A stretch of DNA of 64,000 bases from Candidatus Thorarchaeota archaeon SMTZ1-45. GTDB taxonomy: Archaea; Asgardarchaeota; Thorarchaeia; Thorarchaeales; Thorarchaeaceae. A program made the translations under genes and the position numbers. Positions 18,707 through 28,917 of the stretch are shown here, piece after piece (the first letter of the stretch is position 1; each line of letters opens with the position of its first letter). Below the pieces are notes generated by a model, which was not told the DNA's origin, did no database searches, and worked only from the letters and a program-made list of their open reading frames with translations. The stretch is from contig LRSL01000086.1 of NCBI GenBank assembly GCA_001563335.1, positions 15,087 through 79,086 of the forward strand, in the 5' to 3' direction.

Positions 18707-20191
18707 CTAATTGAATCTACGCTTGATGATGAGAATAGACATCACTAGAGCAAAACCTAAGGTAACACCCATAGTCAAGGAAAGCAGATAGGTATCATTT
18801 GATGATTCCCATGGAGTATAGGTGGGGCTTGTTAGATTTGTAGTGATGCTGTGAGTAGTTGTTGGACCTGTTGGAGAAGTTGTTGTTGAGGTTGCTGTTG
18901 AAGAAATTTGAAAATTGATTGGCAACGGAGGTTGAACATCCATGTTTTCTTGTGTGAATATTTCGGAGGTATAATTGTCCATTACCTCGACAAAAGCACT
19001 GATAGTTTCCTTGATTTGACTATCTGAAAGCATCTCAGGCACCGAGGTCATTAGCTGTTCATATGCATTCACTGTGAAGTCTTCAGCAAAGAACGCAAAC
19101 TTCTGCACTTCTCTTACGCGTTCGGGAAACAGTAACCACGAAATAGAATTAGAGTAACGGGCTCTAGCAGATTGGTACTTTTCTTGCGTATGAAGCCAAA
19201 GGTCCTCAATACTCTCAGGAATAAATTCAGCATACACCATTGAGGGCACAAATACTCCAACAATTGGATTTGAGCCACATGCAGTCCACATACAGTTCAA
19301 GATCCCATCATATCTTTCGTCCCCACTCACAGCAACCATTGTAGCTACAGTGTTAGGATTACATGCTTCACCGTCTATGGAGAAGTTTGCAGTTCCAAGC
19401 TCCTTATGGTGCACATAACGTGACACGTTCTGCATTACATGCTTTGGAGAGATGTATCCATTCATACTATATACCTCATCAAGCGCATCTAGAAGATACT
19501 GGTCTCTGCCATTAGGTCCACTTGCTGCTCCTGGAAAGATACGAGGATGATTTGCACGGGTGTCATATCCATTTATCACATACTGAACATACGCTTTCGT
19601 GTTGCTAATTTCAAAGAAAGCCCCTACCCCAAATCGATCTATAACTCCGACACAAGTAGCTATATTTCCAAGAGATGCTCGATAGACAGGACCAATTATA
19701 GAGTAGCTGTTATTTAATGCATGAGCTACGTCTGATACTGACTCAAACAGCTCTAATATTCTTTGATTTAGCAGTACGTTGCCTGTTATTGGTTCTGAAC
19801 CAGCCAGTGCTGGTAAGTATGTATTCATCACTGCTAGACCTTTCTCATTAATTCCCATTGTATTTGTATTTACACCAACGTATGCATAGGTATTTGCAGT
19901 TGCAGGAGTATAGACTGGAATATTCATTCGTTCATCAATAAGGTCCCGATTTTTCATTAAGATTGCACGACCATCTCTTGTGGCATTTCCTGTTACAATC
20001 ACAGAGCTACATGCCTGATTTTGGTCTTCTGTATAGTTTATTGGGAAACTGGTTGGTAGTACTGAGTGAGTTTCCTCACAGATCAAATCTTGTTTATAAT
20101 CGAGTGATATTTCATTGATGCTCGATGTTGAAACTAAAACTATAAACAGTATACAAAGTAGAATGTTTGCGTTTCTTTTATAGCCATTCAT
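18707..20191 (-). CDS. Secreted Ntn-hydrolase (C45/C69-like) with Thr-rich linker and C-terminal TM
   Basis: ACSSVIV...DGRAILMKNRD, MGINEKGLAV, TRANH. Confidence 0.8.
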   Translation of the reverse strand: MNGYKRNANILLCILFIVLVSTSSINEISLDYKQDLICEETHSVLPTSFPINYTEDQNQACSSVIVTGNATRDGRAILMKNRDLIDERMNIPVYTPATANTYAYVGVNTNTMGINEKGLAVMNTYLPALAGSEPITGNVLLNQRILELFESVSDVAHALNNSYSIIGPVYRASLGNIATCVGVIDRFGVGAFFEISNTKAYVQYVINGYDTRANHPRIFPGAASGPNGRDQYLLDALDEVYSMNGYISPKHVMQNVSRYVHHKELGTANFSIDGEACNPNTVATMVAVSGDERYDGILNCMWTACGSNPIVGVFVPSMVYAEFIPESIEDLWLHTQEKYQSARARYSNSISWLLFPERVREVQKFAFFAEDFTVNAYEQLMTSVPEMLSDSQIKETISAFVEVMDNYTSEIFTQENMDVQPPLPINFQISSTATSTTTSPTGPTTTHSITTNLTSPTYTPWESSNDTYLLSLTMGVTLGFALVMSILIIKRRFN

Positions 20192-20300
20192 AGCCCATCA
20201 GTTTCCTCATTGCATTATTCACAATTAGAGAATAAAAAAGAGGCTTCTGACGCAATTTTGACAGCCACTAATAAAAGGAGATGGCATCTTTAATCATATT

Positions 20301-21092
20301 ATGGCATACAATATACGACATCTGACAGATGATTTAGTTGACGATGTGGTTAATATTCTTGCTAAGAATTCATTATCAAACATCACGCTGATTGCTGATT
20401 GTACTCAACTTAGAGAGTGGTGTGATGTTCGAGTATTGATACACGATGACCAAATCAATGCGATTTTCTCATTCTACAGTGATTTGGATTTCTTGGCAAC
20501 AGCGTTTTGGTGCAGAGATGTCGGATCACTGCAAAAATTAATGGCAGATTATTCAGAAGAATTGGGAAACAAAGAGTTCATTGCAATCTGCACAAAGGAG
20601 CAGCTAGACCAGTTCGAAAAAGTCTGCGTTGTTCTAAAACCAATCAGAGAAAGGCAAATGATTGCTGACAGAACCACAGAATTGCATTGCGAGTGTAAAT
20701 CAACACCAATCAGACTATCTATGAAAGATGCTGAGAAGCTCAAAGAATTGTATAGACTCAGTGGTACGCCAGCATGGACCCCTAATGCCATGACCTTGGG
20801 ACCTTTCTACGGGGTTGTAGATGATGATGAAATGATATCAGTTGCTGGCATTCATTATGTTACTCCCTATGGAGCAGAGATAGGTAATATTGCCACACAC
20901 CCTAATCACCGACGGAAGGGATTCGCAGCCGCTTGTATCAAGGCAGTTGTCGAAGAAGTTTTGGAGAATTCCGAATTGGCAATTCTCCATTATTTTGCTG
21001 ATAATCTTCCAGCTCAGAATTTGTATGAGAGAATGGGATTTAGGTACTCAAAGGCTGATCCTGTGTACTTTGTTCGAGCTGCCTGCAAGTAA
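20301..21092 (+). CDS. GNAT (FR47-like) acetyltransferase
   Basis: IGNIATHPNHRRKGFA, DNLPAQNLYERMGF. Confidence 0.88.
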   Translation: MAYNIRHLTDDLVDDVVNILAKNSLSNITLIADCTQLREWCDVRVLIHDDQINAIFSFYSDLDFLATAFWCRDVGSLQKLMADYSEELGNKEFIAICTKEQLDQFEKVCVVLKPIRERQMIADRTTELHCECKSTPIRLSMKDAEKLKELYRLSGTPAWTPNAMTLGPFYGVVDDDEMISVAGIHYVTPYGAEIGNIATHPNHRRKGFAAACIKAVVEEVLENSELAILHYFADNLPAQNLYERMGFRYSKADPVYFVRAACK

Positions 21093-21244
21093 TAATTAGT
21101 TAGCATTTGACAATACTCTAAGAGATGGACGAGAGTCTATCTCTTCAGTGATAAGATAAAGAGAGTCAAATATAGAAGGGGGGCTTATAGGAATATAAGC
21201 AGTTCAACTTGTGAGAGAGAATCCGCCGGTGAGGAGATAATAAG

Positions 21245-24200
21245 TTGAAAGTTGAGAAACGTGATAAGAGAATAGTGGAGTTCGATGATTCCAAGATTGA
21301 GGCGGCTATAACAAAGGCATTTGAATCGATCAATGCGGACACAGGTCCTGTACGTGGTCTAACAAAGGAAGTCGTTCAGATAATTCACGAGAAGGAAAGA
21401 GATGTCATCCATATTGAGGAGATACAAGACATTGTTGAAGACACTCTGATGCTCAGAGGTTTCACAGAGATTGCTCGACGCTATATGAAATACCGAGAGA
21501 AGCACAATGAGGCTCGGAAGATACTCCAGATGATGGGAGTTGTTGATGACCTCAAGTTTGGGCCTAATGCAGCAACCGTCCTCTCGAGATATCTTCTGAA
21601 GGATGAGGAGGGAAATCCAACAGAAACCCCATCACAGCTCTTTCGTAGAGTTTCAGGAGCTGTGGCGAGTATCGAAAAGAAGTATGACAAGAATGCTGAT
21701 GTGAGGGAATATGACGATCTCTTCTATTACATGATGGCAAACCTTGAGTTTCTACCAAACAGTCCGACTCTCTTCAATGCAGGTACAGAGATAGGCCAGT
21801 GCAGTGCCTGTTTTGTACTACCTATTGAGGACAACATGGACTCAATATTTACTTCACTCAAACATATGGCTGTGGTTCAGAAATCAGGCGGTGGTACGGG
21901 GTTCTCATTTTCAAGATTAAGACCAGTAGGATCAACCGTTGGAACCACTGGGGGAGTGGCTAGCGGTCCAATCTCTTTCATGAGAGTATACGACACTGCA
22001 ACAGAGATCATCAAGCAGGGTGGACGTCGCAGAGGAGCAAATATGGCCATACTCAGATGCGATCATCCAGACATAATGGAATTTATAGCTTGTAAGTCCG
22101 ATAAGCAGACCTTTAGAAATTTCAACATCTCGGTTGCATTAACGAGTGAGTTCATTAATGCCCTACAGGGTGACAAAGAAATCAACCTTGTTGCACCTCA
22201 TAATGGCGTAAAAATTCAGAGTATACGAGCAAGAGTGATTTTCGACGCGATTGTATATAATGCATGGAGTACAGGAGATCCAGGAATAGTCTTCATCGAC
22301 CGTATTAATGATGAACATCCACTAGGTGGCGAGCTGATAGAATCAACAAATCCATGCGTATCCGGAAATACTATAGTAAGTACAGATGTTGGTCTGTTGA
22401 GTATTCAAGATGTACCTGGGGTGATAAAGACTGCAAAGAAACTTGTTTATTGTCTTAAGACCAAAGAGGGATACCAAGTCAAAGTCACAAATGATCATCG
22501 AATACTAACGACAACAGGGTGGAAGCAAGCTGGAGATTTGAGTAAAGGTGATTTTATTTGCCTTCAGAGTACAGAAGGAGGATTTGGTAAAACAGGGAAT
22601 CTTAGAATTGGTCAAATTCTTGGGTGGTATGTTGGTGATGGTTGGAATACAGGAACTGACCAACGTGCTACTCTTGCTTTCTATGGCGATGATAAAGGTA
22701 AGTTAGCTCAGTACTTCTGTGATATTGTAAATGAGGAGCTTGAGTCCGACTTAGTGGTCATTAAAAGCAAGAATCGTGAGGAAGTTAGATCAAGAAGAAT
22801 CTTGAATCTAGTTCAAGAGTGGGGGATGGAATCAAAGGAGATATCAAATCCAATTCTCTCTTCATCTGCTGATTGCCAAAGAGGTTTCCTACAAGGGTTA
22901 TTCACTGCAGACGGTTCGATTCAGGGAAAGCCTGAGAAAGGAATCTCAGTGCGACTATCGCAAAGTAATCTGGACAGTCTTCGTAGTGTACAGATTATGT
23001 TGTTGAATTTCGGTATTGCTTCGAAAATCTATGATAATCGTCGACGAGAACAAATGCGATTATTACCTGATAGTAAAGGGGAACCAAAACACTACAAGAC
23101 TAAGGCAAATCATGAGCTTGTCATATCAAAGGAGAATATTGTGAAATTCCGTGATCAAATCGGTTTTCTGTTAGAGTACAAACAGAGTCGTTTAGTCAAA
23201 GGTCTTGATTCATTGAGTATCCGTGGGCCATATAAGGAGAATTTTCTGGCTCGGTTTGAATCACTCACACCTCAATTGGAGGAAGATGTCTTTGACATTG
23301 TTGGTACTCCACATTGTGGATTTGTGGGGAATGGGATTGTTGTGCATAATTGTGGTGAACAACCCCTGATGCCCTATGAGTCATGCGTCTTGGGAAGCAT
23401 CAACCTCTCACGAATGGTCAAAGATGGAGAGATCGATTGGTCAAGACTTGAAGAGGTCGTAAAGCTCGCGGTTCGTTTTCTTGATAATATCATCGATTTA
23501 AACGTCTATCCAGTGCTTGAGATTGAACAGGTTACCAAAGCCAATAGGAAGATTGGTTTAGGCATCATGGGATTTGCTGAGCTTCTTATTAAATTGAGAA
23601 ATCCCTATGACTCAGAGAAGGGACTAGAAAAAGCCGAAGAGGTGATGTCATTCATTCGACAAAAGGCTGAGAGAGCATCAAGCGAACTTGCAAAGATTAG
23701 AGGTAATTTCGAGAACTTCGCACTCTTGAAAAAGCGTAATAGGTGGAAACGAAATGCATCTCTGATCACTGTTGCACCAACGGGCAGTATTAGTCTAATC
23801 GCACAAACAAGCAGTGGTATTGAACCATTATTTGCAATCGCTCACAGTCGTATGCTTGCTGAGGGAATCCATCTGAGTGAAGTGAGTCCGCTATTCGAGA
23901 GAGTTGCAGTGGAAAGAGGTTTCTGGAATGACGAAATAGAGCATGAAGTCGCAAGATCAGGTTCGGTTCAACAAATTGATGGAGTTCCAGATGATATAAA
24001 ACAGGTCTTCAAGGCAGCACATGAGATAAGTCCAGAATGGCATGTTAGAATGCAGGCGGCTTTTCAGAAGCATACTGATAATGCTGTAAGTAAAACTGTT
24101 AATCTGCCAAACAGTGCCACGACTGAAGATGTTGAGCAAATATTTTTGCTAGCTAATCAGTTGGGACTCAAGGGTACAACTGTATTTAGAGATGGATGTC

Positions 24201-24250
24201 TAGGCGGAGTTCAGGTCTTGTATCCAGGATGTCAAAATTGCGATTCCTAG
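21245..24250 (+). CDS. nrdJ: Adenosylcobalamin-dependent (class II) ribonucleotide reductase with ATP cone and intein
   Basis: ATP cone VEKRD, PNSPTLFNAG, SACFV, QGGRRRGANM, TNP|CGEQ, CVLGSINL, APTGSIS, C-terminal CQNC. Confidence 0.95.
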   Translation: MKVEKRDKRIVEFDDSKIEAAITKAFESINADTGPVRGLTKEVVQIIHEKERDVIHIEEIQDIVEDTLMLRGFTEIARRYMKYREKHNEARKILQMMGVVDDLKFGPNAATVLSRYLLKDEEGNPTETPSQLFRRVSGAVASIEKKYDKNADVREYDDLFYYMMANLEFLPNSPTLFNAGTEIGQCSACFVLPIEDNMDSIFTSLKHMAVVQKSGGGTGFSFSRLRPVGSTVGTTGGVASGPISFMRVYDTATEIIKQGGRRRGANMAILRCDHPDIMEFIACKSDKQTFRNFNISVALTSEFINALQGDKEINLVAPHNGVKIQSIRARVIFDAIVYNAWSTGDPGIVFIDRINDEHPLGGELIESTNPCVSGNTIVSTDVGLLSIQDVPGVIKTAKKLVYCLKTKEGYQVKVTNDHRILTTTGWKQAGDLSKGDFICLQSTEGGFGKTGNLRIGQILGWYVGDGWNTGTDQRATLAFYGDDKGKLAQYFCDIVNEELESDLVVIKSKNREEVRSRRILNLVQEWGMESKEISNPILSSSADCQRGFLQGLFTADGSIQGKPEKGISVRLSQSNLDSLRSVQIMLLNFGIASKIYDNRRREQMRLLPDSKGEPKHYKTKANHELVISKENIVKFRDQIGFLLEYKQSRLVKGLDSLSIRGPYKENFLARFESLTPQLEEDVFDIVGTPHCGFVGNGIVVHNCGEQPLMPYESCVLGSINLSRMVKDGEIDWSRLEEVVKLAVRFLDNIIDLNVYPVLEIEQVTKANRKIGLGIMGFAELLIKLRNPYDSEKGLEKAEEVMSFIRQKAERASSELAKIRGNFENFALLKKRNRWKRNASLITVAPTGSISLIAQTSSGIEPLFAIAHSRMLAEGIHLSEVSPLFERVAVERGFWNDEIEHEVARSGSVQQIDGVPDDIKQVFKAAHEISPEWHVRMQAAFQKHTDNAVSKTVNLPNSATTEDVEQIFLLANQLGLKGTTVFRDGCLGGVQVLYPGCQNCDS
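22355..23350 (+). mobile_element. Intein (332 aa) with LAGLIDADG homing endonuclease
   Basis: Starts CVSGNT, block B VTNDHRI, LAGLIDADG blocks ILGWYVGDG and FLQGLFTADG, ends VVHN followed by Cys; removing it restores TNPCGEQ. Confidence 0.93.
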
Positions 24251-24260
24251 AGACCATTGC

Positions 24261-25100
24261 TCAGGTGGACCGCTTGGCTTCTTCATCAATGATGGAACGT
24301 CTAGTATTGATCAGCTTGTTATATGTGCTTTTGAGAGCTTTTTCAGCGTCAAAGAACCATAGTTGTTTTGCTAACAACCATTTGGTCTTTGATTCTCGAA
24401 AGCTACGTGACAGTTGTGTATAGTTCGTCTTCAGCTGTCCGATTACTACTGTAGAGTCCTTGCACCGATCACGAAGAGATCGGATCTTTTCCTCTAATGG
24501 AGCTAAGTCCTTAGCGAGTGTTCGCTCAACAGCATCTCTGATATGGCTGTTTCCGTTCAGGTTGATAATCCTGATACGAGACCAGCGCAACGTATTTCCT
24601 CCATTTTCACGAACGAGTCTACTAAACTCGCTAGAGTCGATCAATACTCGTTCATTTTCAGAACCTAGAATTCTTCTTCGTTCTCTTGACCTGAGTAGTG
24701 GGAAGAGAATCACACCTGGCCTGAGGCGGACCCCAGGAGTTTTCCTTATTAGTCTCTCAACGTATTTTTTCTGTTGTGCAGTTGGATTACTAAAACTGAA
24801 TGAAACAATCGAATAGACGCGATTTTCATATGATTCCTCCAGCTTCATTCGGGCTGTCGGTATCTTTCGAGTTTTAATGAATGATGTAACAGGTTGATTT
24901 TGAAGAATTGTGTCATGAAGTTCGGAATATCCATGAACAATAAACACACCTTTCCGGATTCGTTGAACACCTTCTACTGCCGAGAGTTTCCTAGACACAC
25001 CTTTAGTTCCGTCAGGAGAACCTAATAGAATGATTAATCGAGAATCACCTTTCAATTCGGAGGCATCTGGGAGGATGCCTTCTACACTGGCTTCGGTCAT
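24261..25100 (-). CDS. Basic hypothetical protein with a ChrB-N/PaaX-like segment and C-terminal coiled coil
   Basis: YSIVSFSFSNPTAQQKKYVERLIRKTPGVRLRPGVILFP and LAKQLWFF resemble that family's pattern (from memory, not searched). Confidence 0.65.
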   Translation of the reverse strand: MTEASVEGILPDASELKGDSRLIILLGSPDGTKGVSRKLSAVEGVQRIRKGVFIVHGYSELHDTILQNQPVTSFIKTRKIPTARMKLEESYENRVYSIVSFSFSNPTAQQKKYVERLIRKTPGVRLRPGVILFPLLRSRERRRILGSENERVLIDSSEFSRLVRENGGNTLRWSRIRIINLNGNSHIRDAVERTLAKDLAPLEEKIRSLRDRCKDSTVVIGQLKTNYTQLSRSFRESKTKWLLAKQLWFFDAEKALKSTYNKLINTRRSIIDEEAKRST

Positions 25101-25365
25101 TTTCTATAGCACATTTGTCCTTCAAACAACAGCAAAAGGTATTCAAAGGTCATTGGTGACACATTTGAGCGACTGCAATAATCGTTAATATCTTTGTCTG
25201 GCATGTTTAAATACTTGTATTTTAGTAAATATTTTTGATAACCTTATAAATGAAATTTAGGACTTTCATAGTAATTTTTTTCAATTTTAAGGGATAAGAA
25301 AATGAGTTTCTGTAACTAGAATAACTTTACTCTTTATTCGACACACATTGTTTGAGGTGACATCT

Positions 25366-25446
25366 ATGCACTTCGATGATGAAGATCTTTGGGATAGTGA
25401 TGACGACTTCGACGATGACTGGGAAGACGACGACGACGACTGGTAG
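25366..25446 (+). CDS. 26-aa acidic Trp-rich micropeptide MHFDDEDLWDSDDDFDDDWEDDDDDW
   Basis: GAGGTGA SD 5 nt before the ATG; mixed GAT/GAC codons; 17 of 26 residues are D/E. Confidence 0.7.
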   Translation: MHFDDEDLWDSDDDFDDDWEDDDDDW

Positions 25447-25518
25447 GTCGAGGTTGGTTAGTCGGTCTCGATAGAACTCTTCCGGTCCAATCTTATCCCA
25501 GACTTGGACGTGAATGCT

Positions 25519-25584
25519 ATGGCTAAAAAGAAACCAGCAGCAAAAAAATCGACCAAAACTGAAACTAAGAAAAAGAAGAAGTAA
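25519..25584 (+). CDS. 21-aa Lys-rich micropeptide MAKKKPAAKKSTKTETKKKKK
   Basis: GGACGTGA SD-like site upstream; 11 of 21 residues are Lys, with mixed AAA/AAG codons; terminator follows. Confidence 0.65.
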   Translation: MAKKKPAAKKSTKTETKKKKK

Positions 25585-25596
25585 CAATATAGGACC

Positions 25597-25635
25597 GGGA
25601 GAAGTCTATCAGACTTCCCCGTTCTTCCTTTTTTT
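25597..25635 (+). terminator. Hairpin plus T-tract closing the micropeptide pair
   Basis: GGGAGAAGTCT-ATC-AGACTTCCCC then ttcttccttttttt. Confidence 0.6.
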
Positions 25636-25642
25636 ACATCGT

Positions 25643-27598
25643 TTATTTTGCGTGTTTAATTTCTTCAACAGATTCTGGGTTCACTAGGGATGAGGTATCA
25701 CCCGGATCTTCTCCCAAATAGGCAGCTCGGATCATTCTCCGCATCACTTTGGCGTTTCTTGTTTTAGGTAGATCAGAAACAAAAAGAACATCACGAGGAG
25801 TAAGTGGTTTACCCATTGCTATAGCCACAGATTGCTTGAGCTCCTCTCTTAGTTTCTCAGATGGTTCAACTCCAGGATTAAGGACACAAAATACAACAAG
25901 TTCATTGAGCTTGATTTTGTGCGGCACGCCTATCGTTGCAGCCTCAGCTACAGCAGGATTACTCACAAGAACTGACTCAGCCTCTGCAGGTCCAAAGCGC
26001 TTGCCTGCCACTTTGATGATATCATCAGACCTACCAAGAATATACCAAAGTCCATCTGAGTCAATCGCGGCAAAGTCCCCATGGACCCAAGTATTTTTCC
26101 AACGAGACCAGTATGTGTTTTCATATCTCTCGGGATTCTTCCAAAATCCACGGGTCATTCCTATCCAGGGTGATTTGATAACGAGTTCTCCAACTTTATT
26201 TCGTACAGGAGTTCCATCCTCATCAAACACGTCTGCGGCAATTCCAGGACAAGGTCCAGAAAATGCACAAGCCTTCAAGGGCAATAGAGGGTTTCCCATC
26301 ACAATACCACCTGAGATTTCTGTGCCACCAGAATAGTTGATTATTGGTATTCTCTTCATCCCTACTTTCTCGAAAAGCCACATCCAAGGATCGGGATTCC
26401 ATGGTTCGCCAGTGGAGCCAAAGTAACGAAGTGAAGAGAGATTGTGCGGCTTAATTGGGTCTTCTCCATGGGTCATCAACAATCGAATCAGTGTTGGGGA
26501 TACTCCAAGTATCGAAACCTTATGTTTCTCAACAATCTCCCAAAGGCGTCCAGGATGCGGGTAGTCAGGAGCACCATCATAAAGGAAAAAGGTCCCTCCC
26601 AGAATCAAAGCCCCAAATACCAGCCAAGGCCCCATCATCCACCCCATGTCAGTCATCCAGTAAATCAGCTCACCAGGGTGCAAGTCTGTTCCAAAAGCCA
26701 TGTCTTGAGCTGATTTAATTGGAAATCCACAATGGGTGTGTACTGCTCCTTTTGCCAGTCCCGTAGTGCCAGAGGTGTAGATAATCATCATAGGCGATTC
26801 TGCATCTGTTATCTCTGTACTAGCTGAATCAGATTGGTCAGAAATGAGGTCGTGCCACCAATAGTCTCGCTTAGGCTTCATTTCAATTGATACTTCAGTC
26901 AGATTCAGAACAATCATATGTTCCAATGAGGATATCTTTTCAGCAGCCTCATCTGCGATTGGTTTCATGGGAATAGTCTTGCCTCTGCGGATAGCCCCAT
27001 CAACTGTGAAAATTGCTTTGGCATCAGCATCACCCAATCGGTCGACAATTGCATTAACTCCAAATCCTGAGAATAGTGGGAGGATTATGCCGCCAATTTT
27101 AGCTATTGCTAGTAGCGCAACTGTAATCTCAGGAATCATTGGCATGTAAATTCCAATTGAATCGCCTAATCCAAGTCCAAGTTCGCGGAGTGCATTTGCT
27201 GTCTTATTCACCTCTCGATACAAATCACCATATGTCATTGAACGAGTTGCACCATCTTCGCCCTCCCATATCAGTGCAAGTTGTGTTTCAGTATTTGTGC
27301 CCATGTATTTATCTATGCAATTGTGAATAATGTTCAGCTTCCCATTGACACACCAACGTGGCCATGCAATACCATTTGAGAGATCCACAACTTGGTCATA
27401 AGGTTCATAGAACTCAATATTAAGAAACTTCAGAAGTGCGTCTGTAAACCATGCCACATCCTCTGTCGAACGTTGCATGAGTTCATCAAAGTCTTCTATT
27501 TCATGCAACTTCATGAATCTCGTGAGGTTGGCCTTTTCTACATGTTCCGATGTAGGTCGCCAGACGATCTCGCCTCCAAACTCAAAGGTCTCTTTCAA
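25643..27598 (-). CDS. acs: AMP-forming acetyl/acyl-CoA synthetase
   Basis: IIYTSGTTGLAKG, STGEPW, SGGTE, GRSDDIIKVAG, LPKTRNAKVMRR. Confidence 0.9.
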   Translation of the reverse strand: MKETFEFGGEIVWRPTSEHVEKANLTRFMKLHEIEDFDELMQRSTEDVAWFTDALLKFLNIEFYEPYDQVVDLSNGIAWPRWCVNGKLNIIHNCIDKYMGTNTETQLALIWEGEDGATRSMTYGDLYREVNKTANALRELGLGLGDSIGIYMPMIPEITVALLAIAKIGGIILPLFSGFGVNAIVDRLGDADAKAIFTVDGAIRRGKTIPMKPIADEAAEKISSLEHMIVLNLTEVSIEMKPKRDYWWHDLISDQSDSASTEITDAESPMMIIYTSGTTGLAKGAVHTHCGFPIKSAQDMAFGTDLHPGELIYWMTDMGWMMGPWLVFGALILGGTFFLYDGAPDYPHPGRLWEIVEKHKVSILGVSPTLIRLLMTHGEDPIKPHNLSSLRYFGSTGEPWNPDPWMWLFEKVGMKRIPIINYSGGTEISGGIVMGNPLLPLKACAFSGPCPGIAADVFDEDGTPVRNKVGELVIKSPWIGMTRGFWKNPERYENTYWSRWKNTWVHGDFAAIDSDGLWYILGRSDDIIKVAGKRFGPAEAESVLVSNPAVAEAATIGVPHKIKLNELVVFCVLNPGVEPSEKLREELKQSVAIAMGKPLTPRDVLFVSDLPKTRNAKVMRRMIRAAYLGEDPGDTSSLVNPESVEEIKHAK

Positions 27599-27947
27599 TT
27601 AATACACTCCTCTTGGTTTGATTCTGCAAGCTGCAACTCTCCCAATATGGACATTCACCTATTTCACGGTAGTGATTTAGAAATAACCAAAGTTAGAGAG
27701 AAAAATCGAACTTGTTCACAGCATGTTTCGTGATTTCAAGATTGCAAGACTTTTACTTTCTACACCATTTTTCGCACTTGAAAGCTAGTTCTTCTTCGCG
27801 ATACAACAGATTACATTCTTTGCAAAGAAAAAGACCGTTCACTTTCTTTGTCATACGAAAAAGAGTTTCATGATTTCTTTAGTTTGATGGTATGATTATT
27901 ACTAAGATGGGAAATCTCAAATCATTCTGGTAATTCAATCCTAAAAT

Positions 27948-28292
27948 GTGATTGTCATGTCAATTGGGTCATATCCAGATTGTATAACAAAACTGCCAAA
28001 AGCTAAGATACCTTTTCCAGGAGTTCAAGCATGGATTTCTCAGGGCAATGAGTCTCAAGTTGGGTTCTTTGAGATAGAACCAATCGGGGTCGTACCTCCG
28101 CATAGTCACAAGGCACAATATGGCTTTGTTATTGAGGGAGAGATGCTACTGACAATTGGTGATGTTACCAAACTCTACAAAAAAGGTGATTCATACTATA
28201 TACCTGAAGGGGTTGTACATTCAGCAGAGTTCAAAACATTTTGTAGAGTAATGGATTTCTTTGCTGAACCTAAAAGGTATGAAACTGAATAA
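27948..28292 (+). CDS. Cupin-domain protein
   Basis: VPPHSH...Q.GFVIEGE...YYIPEGVVHSA. Confidence 0.88.
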   Translation: MIVMSIGSYPDCITKLPKAKIPFPGVQAWISQGNESQVGFFEIEPIGVVPPHSHKAQYGFVIEGEMLLTIGDVTKLYKKGDSYYIPEGVVHSAEFKTFCRVMDFFAEPKRYETE

Positions 28293-28392
28293 GCTGACTA
28301 TTCTTTTTCATCAAATGTTATTCAAAACCTTGGTTATGAAGAAACCTGTTTACCACTTCATTTTTTATCTGGTAGCGCAACGATGAGTTTAT

Positions 28393-28432
28393 ATGAATCC
28401 TGATTCATTATTAAATTGAATCAATATTCAAT
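28393..28432. promoter_or_regulatory. Two TGAAT-N4-ATTCA operators abutting a TATA box
   Basis: ATGAATCCTGATTCAT (28393-28408) and ATTGAATCAATATTCAAT (28415-28432). Confidence 0.7.
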
Positions 28433-28434
28433 AT

Positions 28435-28917
28435 ATGTTGGTGTTAATCATGACAAAGATTTGCGTTACTTCATCAGGGACAACATTGGACTCTATGGTT
28501 GACCCTCGATTTGGTAGGTGTGCTTACTTCATCATTGCAGATCCTGAAACATATGACTTTGAAGCAGTGCCAAATGAAGCTGCAAGTTTTGCAGGTGGTG
28601 CAGGAATCAGGGCGGCTCAGATTGTTGTCGCCAAGAATGTTGAGGCGATCCTCACAGGTAGTGTTGGCCCTAATGCATTCCCGGCATTACAGGATGCAGG
28701 AGTTAGAATACTTGCTGGAGTATCAGGCACTGTAAGGTCCGCAATAGAGAGCTATAACAAAGATGTATTCCAGGAACTGACAACCCCGGGTCCTTCAAAT
28801 GTTGGAAGAGGACAGGGGGGTCCTGGTCGTGGACTGGGAATGGGCTATGGATATGGATTGGGAATGGGTCGTGCTGGGGGTGGGCGAGGTCGCCATAGAG
28901 GAGGGAGGAATAGGTGA
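28435..28917 (+). CDS. NifB/NifX-family (ORP-like) protein with Gly/Arg-rich tail
   Basis: VDPRFGRCAYF, GAGIRAAQ, TGSVGPNAF. Confidence 0.9.
   Translation: MLVLIMTKICVTSSGTTLDSMVDPRFGRCAYFIIADPETYDFEAVPNEAASFAGGAGIRAAQIVVAKNVEAILTGSVGPNAFPALQDAGVRILAGVSGTVRSAIESYNKDVFQELTTPGPSNVGRGQGGPGRGLGMGYGYGLGMGRAGGGRGRHRGGRNR

Noticed and set aside
25366-25584. Acidic and basic peptides as one readthrough protein (they share a frame)
   Set aside because: Two TAG stops intervene and the second ORF has its own SD-like site and ATG.
25327-25587. 86-aa minus-strand ORF from the track
   Set aside because: It is the antisense shadow of the two low-complexity plus-strand peptides; the SD and terminator support the plus strand.
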